This document shows positions 8,035 through 17,546 of a stretch of DNA of 24,000 nt, in pieces. How positions within the stretch are numbered: position 1 is the stretch's first letter; every line of letters begins with the position of its first letter. The stretch spans positions 15,001 through 39,000 of the forward strand of contig JBEQBT010000003.1 in the NCBI GenBank assembly GCA_041639705.1, written 5' to 3'. The notes under the pieces were generated by a model. That model was not told the DNA's origin. It did no database searches and was given only the letters and a program-made list of their open reading frames with translations. The position numbers and the translations under genes are program-made. This DNA comes from Clostridiaceae bacterium (GTDB lineage Bacteria > Bacillota > Clostridia > Clostridiales > Caloramatoraceae).

Positions 8035-8824
8035 TTCTAACCTTCTCCATAAACTTTGATACCCTCTCTACATCTACCTCATTATAAAATTCCCCATCTC
8101 TTTTAAAGACAGTTCCCACAACTGCACCATCTGCTATTGAAAGCTGTTCTTCAACATTTTCCATTCTTACTCCTGTATTTACAAAGACAGGAGTATGTGG
8201 AATAACTTTTTTCACTCTCTTTAGTATCTGGGTATCGGTTGCAGTTCCCGCTGTTAAACCAGAAACACACAGTGCATCTGGATTATTATTAAAAACAGTT
8301 GATTTTGCAATATTTTCTATTTCCCTTTCTGCCATGTAGGTTGCAGCTTCCGGTACTATATTAAATAAAGCCTTAATATTCTCTCCACCTATATTATGTT
8401 TATGTCTAATGACTTCTCCGTAATTTGTGTTCCATAAACCAAAATCGCTGGCATAAACTCCTGTAAATATTTCTCTTACAAATTTTGCATCTACAGCTAC
8501 AGCAAGGTCAAAGGTCCTCATTGGGTCCCACAATACGTCAACTCCGTAGGGAACCTTTATATATTCCATAAGCTGACCAATTACTCTTGCCATTGCAGCA
8601 GTAGTTTCAGGATTAACCTTTGTAAGATATGGCAGGCTGAATTCATTTGAGAACATTACAGCATCTACCCCACCATTCTGCAATGCCAGTAAATCATTTT
8701 TTGCCCTGTCAATTACCTTTTTCATGCCTCCAACTTTGTCATAATCCGGATCTCCAGGCAAAGACAGAAAATGACACATTGCAATTATTGGTTTATCAGT
8801 GTTGAATACTTCCTTTATCCACAT
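8021..8824 (-). CDS. sgcQ: BtpA/SgcQ family TIM-barrel protein
   Basis: 267 aa; PIIAMCHFLSLPGDPDYD..., ...ALCVSGLTAGTATD...VFVNTGVRMENVEEQLSIADGAVVGTVFK. Confidence 0.85.
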   Translation of the reverse strand: MWIKEVFNTDKPIIAMCHFLSLPGDPDYDKVGGMKKVIDRAKNDLLALQNGGVDAVMFSNEFSLPYLTKVNPETTAAMARVIGQLMEYIKVPYGVDVLWDPMRTFDLAVAVDAKFVREIFTGVYASDFGLWNTNYGEVIRHKHNIGGENIKALFNIVPEAATYMAEREIENIAKSTVFNNNPDALCVSGLTAGTATDTQILKRVKKVIPHTPVFVNTGVRMENVEEQLSIADGAVVGTVFKRDGEFYNEVDVERVSKFMEKVRNARE

Positions 8825-10175
8825 AGTTTTTTAGCTCCCTTTTTTTTATGATATTTAATAGAAGATATACAAAACCAGCTACGAGTGCTATAATGAGTAC
8901 TATTCCAACTATCCCAAGCCTGCTTAACTGGTACAAAATATAGGCTATAGGATTACCTGCTGAAAGTGCTGTTACCTGTACTGCACCTTCAGGTATTTGT
9001 GTTGTGCCGCTCTTTGCAAACTCTGTTATCATAGGTGCAAAGAAGGATGCAATTGATAATACAATGGCCATCATTATTGTTCCACTTATAAGTGTCCTTA
9101 TAAAACTCCCCTTATGCATAACAGTTGCCATTGAAATAAAGAATGCTGTTGCTGCAAGATCTCCCAGTGGAAGAGTAGTATTTATAGGTATAATCATCGC
9201 TAGTACCAAGGCAATAGGAATAAGTAAAAGTCCAACTGCTACAGTAGTCGGAAGCCCTAATAATACAGCTGAGTCCAAGCCTATAAAGAATTCAGCTCCC
9301 TGATACTTTTTCTGCATAAATGCTCTTGTCTGCTCGCTTATTGGTACAAGTCCCTCCATCAATATTTTTGTAATTCTAGGAAGAAGGAACATTAAGGCAG
9401 CCATTGACATGCCAAGTTTTAGAGAAGCGCCGATTGAATATGATACTGAAAGGCCTAATATTATGCCTATAATCAATCCAAGGAAAACTGGTTCTGCAAT
9501 AACAGAGATAAAGCTTAGTTTTGAACTGTCTATATTACTCTCTTTATCCTTATTGCCCTTTGGTAGGAATAGGTCATAAAATTTATCAAGCAGGGCATAT
9601 ATTGGTACAGTACTTACTGCAAATCCCTGTGGTATAGAAATACCAGGTATGCCCAATTCCTCCTGAACATAGGGTGCTGTATAGTCAGCAATTTTCAATG
9701 ATAAAACACAGTGTGCTGCAGCTGCTATAAATCCATATATCAAGTTATTGGTTAACATGAATACTACTGCTCCGGTAAAAGCATAATGCCAGTAGTTCCA
9801 GATATCTATGTTTACTGTTCTAGTAAGCTTGAAGGTAAGCATCAATACATTAACTATGATTATGAATGGAATTATAAAGGACCCGATTGTTGTTGAAAAT
9901 GCCAATCCAGCAGCTGCTCCCCATCCTGTGTCAATAGTAGTCAGATTAAGATTAAATTTCTCAACGAAAATATTTGCTACAGGTCCAATATTGGTCCATA
10001 TCAATCCTAGAACCAAATCCAAACCAATCAATCCAATTCCTACTGTAATACCTGCCTTTAAGGCTTTAATCGGGTGCAGTCTTACAATAAGTCCAACTAT
10101 GGTTATCATTATAGGTATCATAACATATGAGCCAAGCCCACTGATGTAGTTGAATATTTCTTTAATAAAATCCAT
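8796..10175 (-). CDS. sgcC: PTS galactitol-type EIIC (SgcC/GatC-like)
   Basis: 459 aa polytopic protein; ...YISGLGSYVMIPIMITIVGLIVRLHPIKALKAGITVGIGLIGLDLVLGL...; between IIB and SgcQ genes. Confidence 0.88.
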   Translation of the reverse strand: MDFIKEIFNYISGLGSYVMIPIMITIVGLIVRLHPIKALKAGITVGIGLIGLDLVLGLIWTNIGPVANIFVEKFNLNLTTIDTGWGAAAGLAFSTTIGSFIIPFIIIVNVLMLTFKLTRTVNIDIWNYWHYAFTGAVVFMLTNNLIYGFIAAAAHCVLSLKIADYTAPYVQEELGIPGISIPQGFAVSTVPIYALLDKFYDLFLPKGNKDKESNIDSSKLSFISVIAEPVFLGLIIGIILGLSVSYSIGASLKLGMSMAALMFLLPRITKILMEGLVPISEQTRAFMQKKYQGAEFFIGLDSAVLLGLPTTVAVGLLLIPIALVLAMIIPINTTLPLGDLAATAFFISMATVMHKGSFIRTLISGTIMMAIVLSIASFFAPMITEFAKSGTTQIPEGAVQVTALSAGNPIAYILYQLSRLGIVGIVLIIALVAGFVYLLLNIIKKRELKNYVDKGSIQH

Positions 10176-10176
10176 T

Positions 10177-10461
10177 TTAACCCTCCTCGCTTAAATAGGA
10201 TAATATCTTATTCTTCACCTCATCAATTCCAATACCTGTTATAAAGGGCAAACCAAGCACAGTAGGAATTTTATAATTCCCCTTAAGTGGCATAGAGGAT
10301 ACTATAATATTGCCCTGTTCTTCATATGACTTCACTTCTCTTAGACTGCATTGAATAATCCTGTGTTTAATATTCTTTTCAATAAGTAATTTTTCAATAT
10401 TACTTGTAATTATTGTTGAAGTCGCTACTCCGGCACCGCAAGCTACTATAATAGTTTTCAT
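10177..10461 (-). CDS. sgcB: PTS galactitol-type EIIB
   Basis: 94 aa; MKTIIVACGAGVATSTIITSNIEKLL (phospho-Cys P-loop-like motif). Confidence 0.88.
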   Translation of the reverse strand: MKTIIVACGAGVATSTIITSNIEKLLIEKNIKHRIIQCSLREVKSYEEQGNIIVSSMPLKGNYKIPTVLGLPFITGIGIDEVKNKILSYLSEEG

Positions 10462-10464
10462 GCT

Positions 10465-11550
10465 TCACCTCCTTTTTCCATATTCAGTTTTATTATTGAA
10501 TTGATGAATAAAGATTTCGATTAACTTTGCAGCCTTCTCAGCGTCTGAAATGTCCATACATTCAATGGGTGTGTGAGTATATCTAGTTGGAATTGAGACG
10601 TTAATTACTGAAATACCCTCATTCTCAAATAATATATAGGCATTTTCTGTAACTACCCCTGTTGAAACTTCTCTTTGATAAGGTATATTATTATTTATGC
10701 AGATATTCTCAAGTGCATTTACCAATTTTATATCAGGAAGTACCCCTGCTAGGGTGCCTCTTCCATGAAAATTCATATATGTAAGTGCCGGCCCATGCCC
10801 AAGGGAAATATCATTGTAATCAAGATCTGGTGTGTCACATGCTGGAGTAATATCGATTCCTATTGTAATATCAGGCTTGATTTCCCTAATTACAGGCAAT
10901 ATCCCTCTGATATTAAATTCCTCCATTACACAGGCTACCAGGTAAACATTAGCCTCCAATTCTGTTTTCTTTTGTCTTTCTGCCAGCTCAAGCAAAATGC
11001 TGCAGCCTATCCTGTCATCTATAGCCTTTGAGCTTACTATTCTGTCAGTTAATTCTGTCCATGAATCATCAAAGGAAAACATGCCTCCAACATTTATTCC
11101 TCTTTTAATAACTGCTTCCTTTGAATCAGCCCCAATATCTATATACATTTCTTTTATCTGGGGTATTTTAAATTTGTTTTCTGCATTCATAAAATGATGA
11201 GCTTGAACCCCTATCAAGCCTTTTAACAATTTATTATCCATGCTTTGGACCTTTGTTCCAGGAAGTATTTGTGTATTTACACCTCCCAATCTCTCAAATC
11301 TCAAAAATCCGTTATTTTCAATTTTTCTAATAATAAATCCTATTTCATCCATGTGGGCAAAAACCATTATCTTTGGAAGCGTATCATCTTTAGTCTTAAA
11401 ATTACAAACAACATTTCCTATAGCATCTATGTATACATTCTCATTTGATTTTTTGAACTCTTCAAACATGTATTCTCCTATACTGTCCTCTCTTGACGAA
11501 AGCCCATTTAAGCAGCACAATTCCTTTAAGCTCTTCTTAATCATTAACAT
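10465..11550 (-). CDS. sgcX: M42-family metallopeptidase (SgcX/FrvX-like)
   Basis: 361 aa; FAHMDEIGFIIRKIE, SKAIDDRIGCSILLEL, ACVMEEFNIRG, SIPTRYTHTPIE. Confidence 0.88.
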   Translation of the reverse strand: MLMIKKSLKELCCLNGLSSREDSIGEYMFEEFKKSNENVYIDAIGNVVCNFKTKDDTLPKIMVFAHMDEIGFIIRKIENNGFLRFERLGGVNTQILPGTKVQSMDNKLLKGLIGVQAHHFMNAENKFKIPQIKEMYIDIGADSKEAVIKRGINVGGMFSFDDSWTELTDRIVSSKAIDDRIGCSILLELAERQKKTELEANVYLVACVMEEFNIRGILPVIREIKPDITIGIDITPACDTPDLDYNDISLGHGPALTYMNFHGRGTLAGVLPDIKLVNALENICINNNIPYQREVSTGVVTENAYILFENEGISVINVSIPTRYTHTPIECMDISDAEKAAKLIEIFIHQFNNKTEYGKRR

Positions 11551-12004
11551 CCATCCCCTTTAATAATTGCTCAATATCTTCCTTTGAATTGCAGTATTTT
11601 ATTTTAAACAGCTGCCTAGACTGCAATAGATCAGCAAGCTGCTGCAATACGGAAATATGTTTGTTCTTATCTTTAAGTAGAAGGATAAATGAAACTTCAA
11701 CTTCAATCTCTTCATCAGGATTATCCATTCTATTAAACTTTATCTTCTCAGGTAATATTGCTATTACAATGCCTTCTCTTAAAACATATTCTGTTTCACT
11801 ATGTGGTATTGAAATATTAATACTTTTAGTAACCAAGCCTGTTGGAAATTCCTTTTCCCTCTTAATAATTTCTGTTTTATACTCTGGAACAACATATTCT
11901 TTTTCAATCAGATAATCAGAAGCCATGCTGAGAAAATTTACTTTGTCAGAATAGCTTTCTTTAATAACTATGCCCTTTTGAATTAATTCAATTAACTCTT
12001 TCAT
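11537..12004 (-). CDS. sgcA: PTS EIIA domain protein (fructose/mannitol-type fold, SgcA-like)
   Basis: 155 aa; ...FPTGLVTKSINISIPHSETEYVLREGIVIAIL.... Confidence 0.85.
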   Translation of the reverse strand: MKELIELIQKGIVIKESYSDKVNFLSMASDYLIEKEYVVPEYKTEIIKREKEFPTGLVTKSINISIPHSETEYVLREGIVIAILPEKIKFNRMDNPDEEIEVEVSFILLLKDKNKHISVLQQLADLLQSRQLFKIKYCNSKEDIEQLLKGMDVND

Positions 12005-12013
12005 ATTAACTCC

Positions 12014-12787
12014 TTATCTGGCTGTTATTATATCCCTGCACTTTTCCATGATCTGGCTAACTTCTCTATCGGTTATCCGTTTATCTGTAATAATTTTGTT
12101 GATCTCCTCCAGTGAACATACCTTTGCAATTTTATGGCTGCTAAACTTTGTATAGTCTGCAAGAAGGATTATTTCCTTTCCTGATTCCATCATTTTCTGC
12201 TTTACCTCAACTTCATCGAAGTTGGCATTTGAAACTCCTTTTCTTATATCAACAGCATCTGCACTCAGAAAGAATAGATCAGCATTTACACATTCAAGTC
12301 CTTTTAAGGTCAAAAGACCAGATAAACTGAACATGCTATTTCTTAGCTGTCCTCCTAAAATAACTAAATGAACCGCTTTATTATTTGCCAGTGTCATTCC
12401 TACCTTTAAATCATTAGTTACTACTGTTATGTCAGAAAAGCTCCTACTCTCGCTTATTTTTTTTGCCAGTGCCAAGGTTGTAGTACCTGAATCTAAAATA
12501 ATAGTCATTCCATCCTTTATGTATTCTAATGCCTTAGCTCCTATTTTCTCTTTATATTCCTTTTGAGTTTTTTCCTTTTCCAGCTGTTTAGGCTCGTAGG
12601 TCAGCTTAAACTTATTGCTGACTGCACCGCCTGTAACTCTTACCAATTTACCTTCCTTTTCAAGTGTTGAAAGGTCTCTGTTTATTGTTGCCTTTGAGCT
12701 GCCTAATTTTTCCATAAATTCTTGAACTGTTACATTTCCTTTTTCATTTATGTAATCCAATATTAACATTCTTCTATGGGATAACAA
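12014..12787 (-). CDS. sgcR: DeoR/GlpR-family transcriptional regulator of the sgc-like operon
   Basis: 257 aa; RRMLILDYINEKGNVTVQEFMEKLGSSKATINRDLSTLEKEGKLVRVTGGA and DeoR effector domain IILDSGTTTLALAKKI. Confidence 0.87.
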   Translation of the reverse strand: MLSHRRMLILDYINEKGNVTVQEFMEKLGSSKATINRDLSTLEKEGKLVRVTGGAVSNKFKLTYEPKQLEKEKTQKEYKEKIGAKALEYIKDGMTIILDSGTTTLALAKKISESRSFSDITVVTNDLKVGMTLANNKAVHLVILGGQLRNSMFSLSGLLTLKGLECVNADLFFLSADAVDIRKGVSNANFDEVEVKQKMMESGKEIILLADYTKFSSHKIAKVCSLEEINKIITDKRITDREVSQIMEKCRDIITAR

Positions 12788-13366
12788 ATTATCACCTCTT
12801 TTGAGTCTATTTGAGCCATATTTGTTTTACTGATTAAATAGTATCATTTCGGCTCAATAATAGCAATGAATTTTTTAAAGTTTTATTAATATTTTATTGT
12901 ATTTATTTGATGATTACACTCTTAGATATAATTTATACAGGTATCATCAAGAATAGGTTGCTTTTTTACAATATATGATACAATTTGAGCCATTATGTAT
13001 CTTTATAATATAAATTTAAATTTAAATTTAAAACTTAATACAAATAAATAAACTTTGAGTATATAAATTAGTTTGTGTGATTAATTAGCACTTAAAGTCA
13101 TATGTTGTGGTAAATCTTATTAATAATAAGGACGTCAAAAGCAAAAATATGATTCTGACGCCACATATTAAAGACTGTTCAATTTTTCAGCAATAAATTC
13201 TAAAAGCCTCACTTCTAAATATTAATCTCCACTTAGCAATGCTTTTCTCTGCCAAATCTATCTTGATAAACTCCCAGAAGGTTCTAATTGTTACACTTTG
13301 TTAGTCATACTTTGGAAGCCTTGTCCAGTTCCCCAGGGACTTAGGTTTACTTCCTATACCAGTGAA

Positions 13367-13460
13367 CTCGTTCAGCTAAAGCTGAACATCGAGACTTCAG
13401 GTGGGGACTCTACCCCACCTGAAGCAAATAGTGGAAACTCCACCTTATAGAAGGTGGAGT
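13367..13460. other. Cluster of three strong hairpins (candidate IS605/TnpB right-end or omega-RNA-like remnant, or other structured RNA)
   Basis: Hairpin A GTTCAGCT-aa-AGCTGAAC (13370-13387); B CTTCAGGTGGGG-actcta-CCCCACCTGAAG (13395-13424); C ACTCCACCTT-atag-AAGGTGGAGT (13437-13460). Stems are perfect. On the minus strand the series ends GCTTTAGCTGAACGAGTTCAC. Confidence 0.5.
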
Positions 13461-13494
13461 CTTAGAAATTGATAAAAACTTCTTTTTCTACTAA

Positions 13495-13935
13495 TTACTT
13501 TCCATTCTTTTCATACTCGAGAATTCTTCCCACTTTCGGGTCAGACCTTGAATTAGGAACATAGCTTACCCTCAGATATTCTTTCACCAGGCACTTAGCC
13601 AATTCAATCCCCGTTACCAGTGCTCCTATAGTAATAATATTTGCATTATTGCTAAGCTGTGCACGTTGCGCCTGATATACATCTGTTACAAGAGCCGCAT
13701 ATGCTCCTTCTACTTTATTCGCTGCTATACATACACCAATTCCAGTACCACAAAGCAATACTCCTCTTTCACATTCTCCTCCCGCAACTGCCTTTGCTAC
13801 ACTAATAGCTGTATTTGCATAAATCGGATCCTCACTTCCAAAATCCCTACACTCATTCCCCAAGCTTTCAATATATTGTATTAGAATTCTTTTGTAATCA
13901 GTTGCATTTGGATCACACCCAATCGCTATCTTCAT
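13495..13935 (-). CDS. rpiB: RpiB/LacA/LacB-family sugar-phosphate isomerase
   Basis: 146 aa; MKIAIGCDPNATDYKRILIQYIESLG, GVLLCGTGIGVCIAANKVEGAYAALVTDVYQAQRAQLSNNANIITIGA. Confidence 0.9.
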   Translation of the reverse strand: MKIAIGCDPNATDYKRILIQYIESLGNECRDFGSEDPIYANTAISVAKAVAGGECERGVLLCGTGIGVCIAANKVEGAYAALVTDVYQAQRAQLSNNANIITIGALVTGIELAKCLVKEYLRVSYVPNSRSDPKVGRILEYEKNGK

Positions 13936-14115
13936 CTCTTTCTCCTCCTTTACTTACCACTTAAATTGTCTTCAGCAACCTGCCCAGGAATTTATCACAT
14001 AATTTCCCTCTCTATTTATCAACCCATCAAGAAAAGAGGCGCAGTATATTCATGTCCATTATATCCTTGGATTCTGACATGATGCTGCACCCCTTTTTTA
14101 TATCCTTTATACCTG

Positions 14116-14757
14116 TCACATTTCCAGCATTTTTTGAATAAATGATGCCATTGTCTGAATAATAATATTGCAGCTGGTGGCTCCTGCATCCAGCACACCT
14201 CTGGAACGTTCCCCAAGACGGCTAGCCCTGCCAATCCTTGCTGCCATTCCTTTCGTAGACAGCCATCCTTCCTTTGATGCTTCTTTCATAAGCTCTAATG
14301 CTTCTTTAAAATCTTTTCCTTCCTGCAATGCATTGCAATAGCTTTCTTTTGCAGGAATAAGTACATCCAGAAGGGTTTTATCACCTCTTTTTGCAGATCC
14401 AATATCCTGAACTCCATCAAGGGCGGCAGTAATCATCTTTTCAAAAACATATGCATCAATTTCTTCCTCTTTTGCACTGGCTTCTGCCATTTCCTCAAAA
14501 AACACACCATATAAAGGCCCCATGGAACCACCGATGTCTTCCATAAGTGTATTGCTCAAAATGGAAAGCCCTTCCCACATGGAATAATTTTTTCCTTCCA
14601 ATTTTTTATGACACAAGGTAAAACCTTTGTTCATATTAATACCATGGTCACCATCCCCGATTTTTCCATCAATTTCACTTAGATAGTCTTTATTCTCTTG
14701 AATTTTTGCAATCAATTCTAATACTATGGATCCTGCTTTAGAATTATATATTTTCAT
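14116..14757 (-). CDS. dhaL: Dihydroxyacetone kinase-like DhaL subunit
   Basis: 213 aa; DGKIGDGDHGINMNKGF, GGSMGPLYGVFF, DVLDAGATS-type end (GVLDAGATSCNIIIQTMA). Confidence 0.92.
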   Translation of the reverse strand: MKIYNSKAGSIVLELIAKIQENKDYLSEIDGKIGDGDHGINMNKGFTLCHKKLEGKNYSMWEGLSILSNTLMEDIGGSMGPLYGVFFEEMAEASAKEEEIDAYVFEKMITAALDGVQDIGSAKRGDKTLLDVLIPAKESYCNALQEGKDFKEALELMKEASKEGWLSTKGMAARIGRASRLGERSRGVLDAGATSCNIIIQTMASFIQKMLEM

Positions 14758-14772
14758 ATTCTACCGCCTTTC

Positions 14773-15771
14773 TCATAGCTGTTTTAACCCAACTGAATTC
14801 ACTGGCATATCCAAACATTCCTTCAGTTCATCATCCAGTTTCATCACCGTTAAGGTAATGCCCATCATTTCCAGTGACGTAAAATAATTTCCCACATATG
14901 CTTTATATACAATGATTCCTTTCTCTTCCAATACTTCTGCTACTCTATTGTAAACAATATATTGTTCCATAACTGGAGTTGCACCAAGCCCTGAAAGCAG
15001 CACTGCAACTTCATCTCCATTAGCAAATGGCAGATCTGGAAGAATCAGATCCAGCATTTCAACTGCAATCTCATCAGCTGTCTTCAAAGGCTCCACTTTT
15101 ATTCCAGGTTCCCCATGATGCCCAATTCCTACTTCCATTGTTCCGTCTTCAATTTGAAAATTTGGATGTCCCACAGCTGGAATCGTGCAAGGTGCGGTTC
15201 CAATTCCTACAGAACGAGTATTGTCAATTGCCTTCTGTGCAGTAATAATAACATTATCCAGGTCAGCTCCCATCGCTGCCTTAGCACCACCGACTTTCCA
15301 CAGCAGTACTTCACCAGCTACTCCACGGCGTTTCTCTGCTTCCGTTTTAGGAGCAGAAGCACAGTCATCATTTGCTACTACTGTCTTTACTGTAATTCCC
15401 AGCTTTTTCGCATTTCGGATAGCCATCTTAACATTCATATTATCGCCTGCATAATTTCCATAAAGGCATGCAACTCCTTTTCCCGCATCTGCTGCCTTTA
15501 TAGCATCAGTAAAGGCAGCAGCAGTTGGTGAAGAAAATATCTCTCCTACGGCAACAGCATCACACATATTTTCACCAATATATCCTATAAATGCCGGCTT
15601 ATGCCCGGAGCCTCCACCTGTCACAATTCCTACTTTTCCTGCAACAGGTGCCTTTTTATATTTTACAACCCTTGGATTATCAGTTGCTTCAACCAGATCC
15701 TTTTGGGCTTTCAAAAATCCTTTAAGCATATCTTCTACTACAAAATCCGGATTATTTATTATTCTATTCAT
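14773..15771 (-). CDS. dhaK: Dihydroxyacetone kinase-like DhaK subunit
   Basis: 332 aa; GIVTGGGSGHKPAFIGYIG, GIGHHGEPGIKVE, LLSGLGATPVMEQYI. Confidence 0.93.
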   Translation of the reverse strand: MNRIINNPDFVVEDMLKGFLKAQKDLVEATDNPRVVKYKKAPVAGKVGIVTGGGSGHKPAFIGYIGENMCDAVAVGEIFSSPTAAAFTDAIKAADAGKGVACLYGNYAGDNMNVKMAIRNAKKLGITVKTVVANDDCASAPKTEAEKRRGVAGEVLLWKVGGAKAAMGADLDNVIITAQKAIDNTRSVGIGTAPCTIPAVGHPNFQIEDGTMEVGIGHHGEPGIKVEPLKTADEIAVEMLDLILPDLPFANGDEVAVLLSGLGATPVMEQYIVYNRVAEVLEEKGIIVYKAYVGNYFTSLEMMGITLTVMKLDDELKECLDMPVNSVGLKQL

Positions 15772-15791
15772 ATTCTAACTCCTCTTCTACA

Positions 15792-16649
15792 TCACAATGT
15801 TTCTGCAATTGCCTTCAAATTTGAAAGTCCTTTTACAGCAAGTTCTTCTCCGGTATCTGCAAATTTGCGCCAAATTGCACAGTTGCCTGCAAGCTCTTCA
15901 AATGCAGGATCAAATGATTCTATTGTAAGAGGACCATCGTATCCAATATCCGCTACTGCCTGAAAAAACTCCTTAAAAGGAACAAGACCGGTTCCAGGAA
16001 TACCTCTGTCATTTTCATTCACATGTATATATCCCAAATATTCTTTTCCGCAGGTCTTTACTGCACCTGAAAAGCTTTTCTCCTCTCGAATCATATGGAA
16101 GCAGTCTAGATGAACCTTTACATTATCCAGTTCCACAGCTTTGCAAAAACGAACTGCATCCTCTCCGATATTCAAAAAATGGGTTTCAAAGCGGTTTACA
16201 CATTCGACGCAGATCATAACATTTCCATTTTCTTTTGCATATGCGGCAACCTCTTTCATATTTGCAACAGCCCAATCCCATTCCTGTTCTGTACGAGGCT
16301 TTCTGGTCAGATATCCCCATGCTGCATAATTAACCCCGCCTAAAATAGGTGCTTTCAATTCATTACAAATATCAATACACTTTTTCATTGCATCAACAGC
16401 TGCTTTTCTTATTTCTGCATCTGGAGAGATTGGATTTGTTTTCAGGGTAAGCGTTGTAGTACAAACACAGTCAATTCCTACTCTATCCAACTCTTTTTTT
16501 ACTGCTGCCACCGGAAATGTATATGGATTAGAGATTGCAAAATCAATTACCTCAAAACCTATGGACTTTGCTTTCTCAATAATCCACAAATCCCTTTCAC
16601 TGAAATTTTCTGACCAGATAAATGAATCTACACCAAATTTAAAATACAT
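15792..16649 (-). CDS. Sugar isomerase/epimerase TIM barrel, D-tagatose/D-psicose 3-epimerase-like
   Basis: 285 aa; ECVNRFETHFLNIGEDAV, NVKVHLDCFHMIREEKSFSGAVKTCG, YIHVNENDRGIPGTGLVPF, which align by eye with ketose 3-epimerase motifs. Confidence 0.82.
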   Translation of the reverse strand: MYFKFGVDSFIWSENFSERDLWIIEKAKSIGFEVIDFAISNPYTFPVAAVKKELDRVGIDCVCTTTLTLKTNPISPDAEIRKAAVDAMKKCIDICNELKAPILGGVNYAAWGYLTRKPRTEQEWDWAVANMKEVAAYAKENGNVMICVECVNRFETHFLNIGEDAVRFCKAVELDNVKVHLDCFHMIREEKSFSGAVKTCGKEYLGYIHVNENDRGIPGTGLVPFKEFFQAVADIGYDGPLTIESFDPAFEELAGNCAIWRKFADTGEELAVKGLSNLKAIAETL

Positions 16650-16664
16650 ATGAACCCCCTCCTC

Positions 16665-17339
16665 TTAAAACAAGACTAATATATCTTCCGGTACCCTCAT
16701 AATATAGTCGGTACCATTATCACTTAGCTCTTCCTCCCCTCGGAATCCCCAAAGTACTCCACCAGTAGCCATTCCGGCATTTTTTCCTGTGTGAATGTCA
16801 GCGCCTGAATCTCCAATATATATTACCTCCTCAGGTGCCAAACCCATCATGCCTGCTATCTCAAGAGCCGTTTGGGGATCAGGTTTTTTAGGAATCCCTT
16901 CCCGCTCTCCAAATACTCCCGCAAATTTGATCTGGGGGAAAAACTTATTAATAAGATGATTTGTGTAATCGGTTCTTTTATTGGAATTTACACCTATTTT
17001 AACTCCCTTTTTATAAAGGATTTCAAGCATATCTGTAATACCATCATAGGGTGCAGTTTTATTCATATAGTTTTTATCATATGTCTCCAGGAACATTTTA
17101 AGCCCTTCAGAAATCTTATCATCATCACGGCAATCCTCTGGAAAGCTGACCTCTAGAAGGTTGCGAAATCCCTTTCCGATTTTAAGCTTATAATCCTCAC
17201 AGCAGTGCTCCGAATATCCATATGTTGCTAGTACATGATTCACACTGTAGGATAAATCCTTAAGTGTATCAAGAAGTGTGCCATCCAAATCAAAAATTAC
17301 ACCTTTAAGCATTTTAGTATTGCATCCTTTCTTGTTCAA
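16665..17339 (-). CDS. HAD-superfamily hydrolase (phosphoglycolate phosphatase-like)
   Basis: 224 aa; GVIFDLDGTLLDTLKDL, KKPDPQTALEIAGMMGLAPEEVIYIGDSGADIHTGKNAGM. Confidence 0.9.
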   Translation of the reverse strand: MNKKGCNTKMLKGVIFDLDGTLLDTLKDLSYSVNHVLATYGYSEHCCEDYKLKIGKGFRNLLEVSFPEDCRDDDKISEGLKMFLETYDKNYMNKTAPYDGITDMLEILYKKGVKIGVNSNKRTDYTNHLINKFFPQIKFAGVFGEREGIPKKPDPQTALEIAGMMGLAPEEVIYIGDSGADIHTGKNAGMATGGVLWGFRGEEELSDNGTDYIMRVPEDILVLF

Positions 17340-17546
17340 AAAGCCCTAAACGCAATACCGTATAGAGCCTTTTAGCTGATTTATAATTGCCAAGTCAATT
17401 CTTATATATGACCTGCTGATCCATATTAACCATTTATTAGCTTGTCCAATACCTTGGAGATACTGCTTCGCCTATACCAGGGAATTAATTTTTTCTCTAT
17501 TTATCCTGCTAATAGAATAAATTGTTAATCAGTCAGAAACTATCAT

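Noticed and set aside
9004-10149. Plus-strand ORFs 9004-9303 and 9808-10149
   Set aside because: Antisense to the well-supported EIIC gene; reverse-complement artefacts.
10765-11915. Plus-strand ORFs inside the M42 peptidase and EIIA genes
   Set aside because: Antisense to strong coding sequence and no plausible protein features.
14019-14234. Minus-strand 71-aa ORF overlapping the 3' end of dhaL
   Set aside because: Out-of-frame overlap with dhaL; atypical composition.
15027-15963. Several plus-strand ORFs over dhaK and the epimerase gene
   Set aside because: Antisense shadows of conserved genes.
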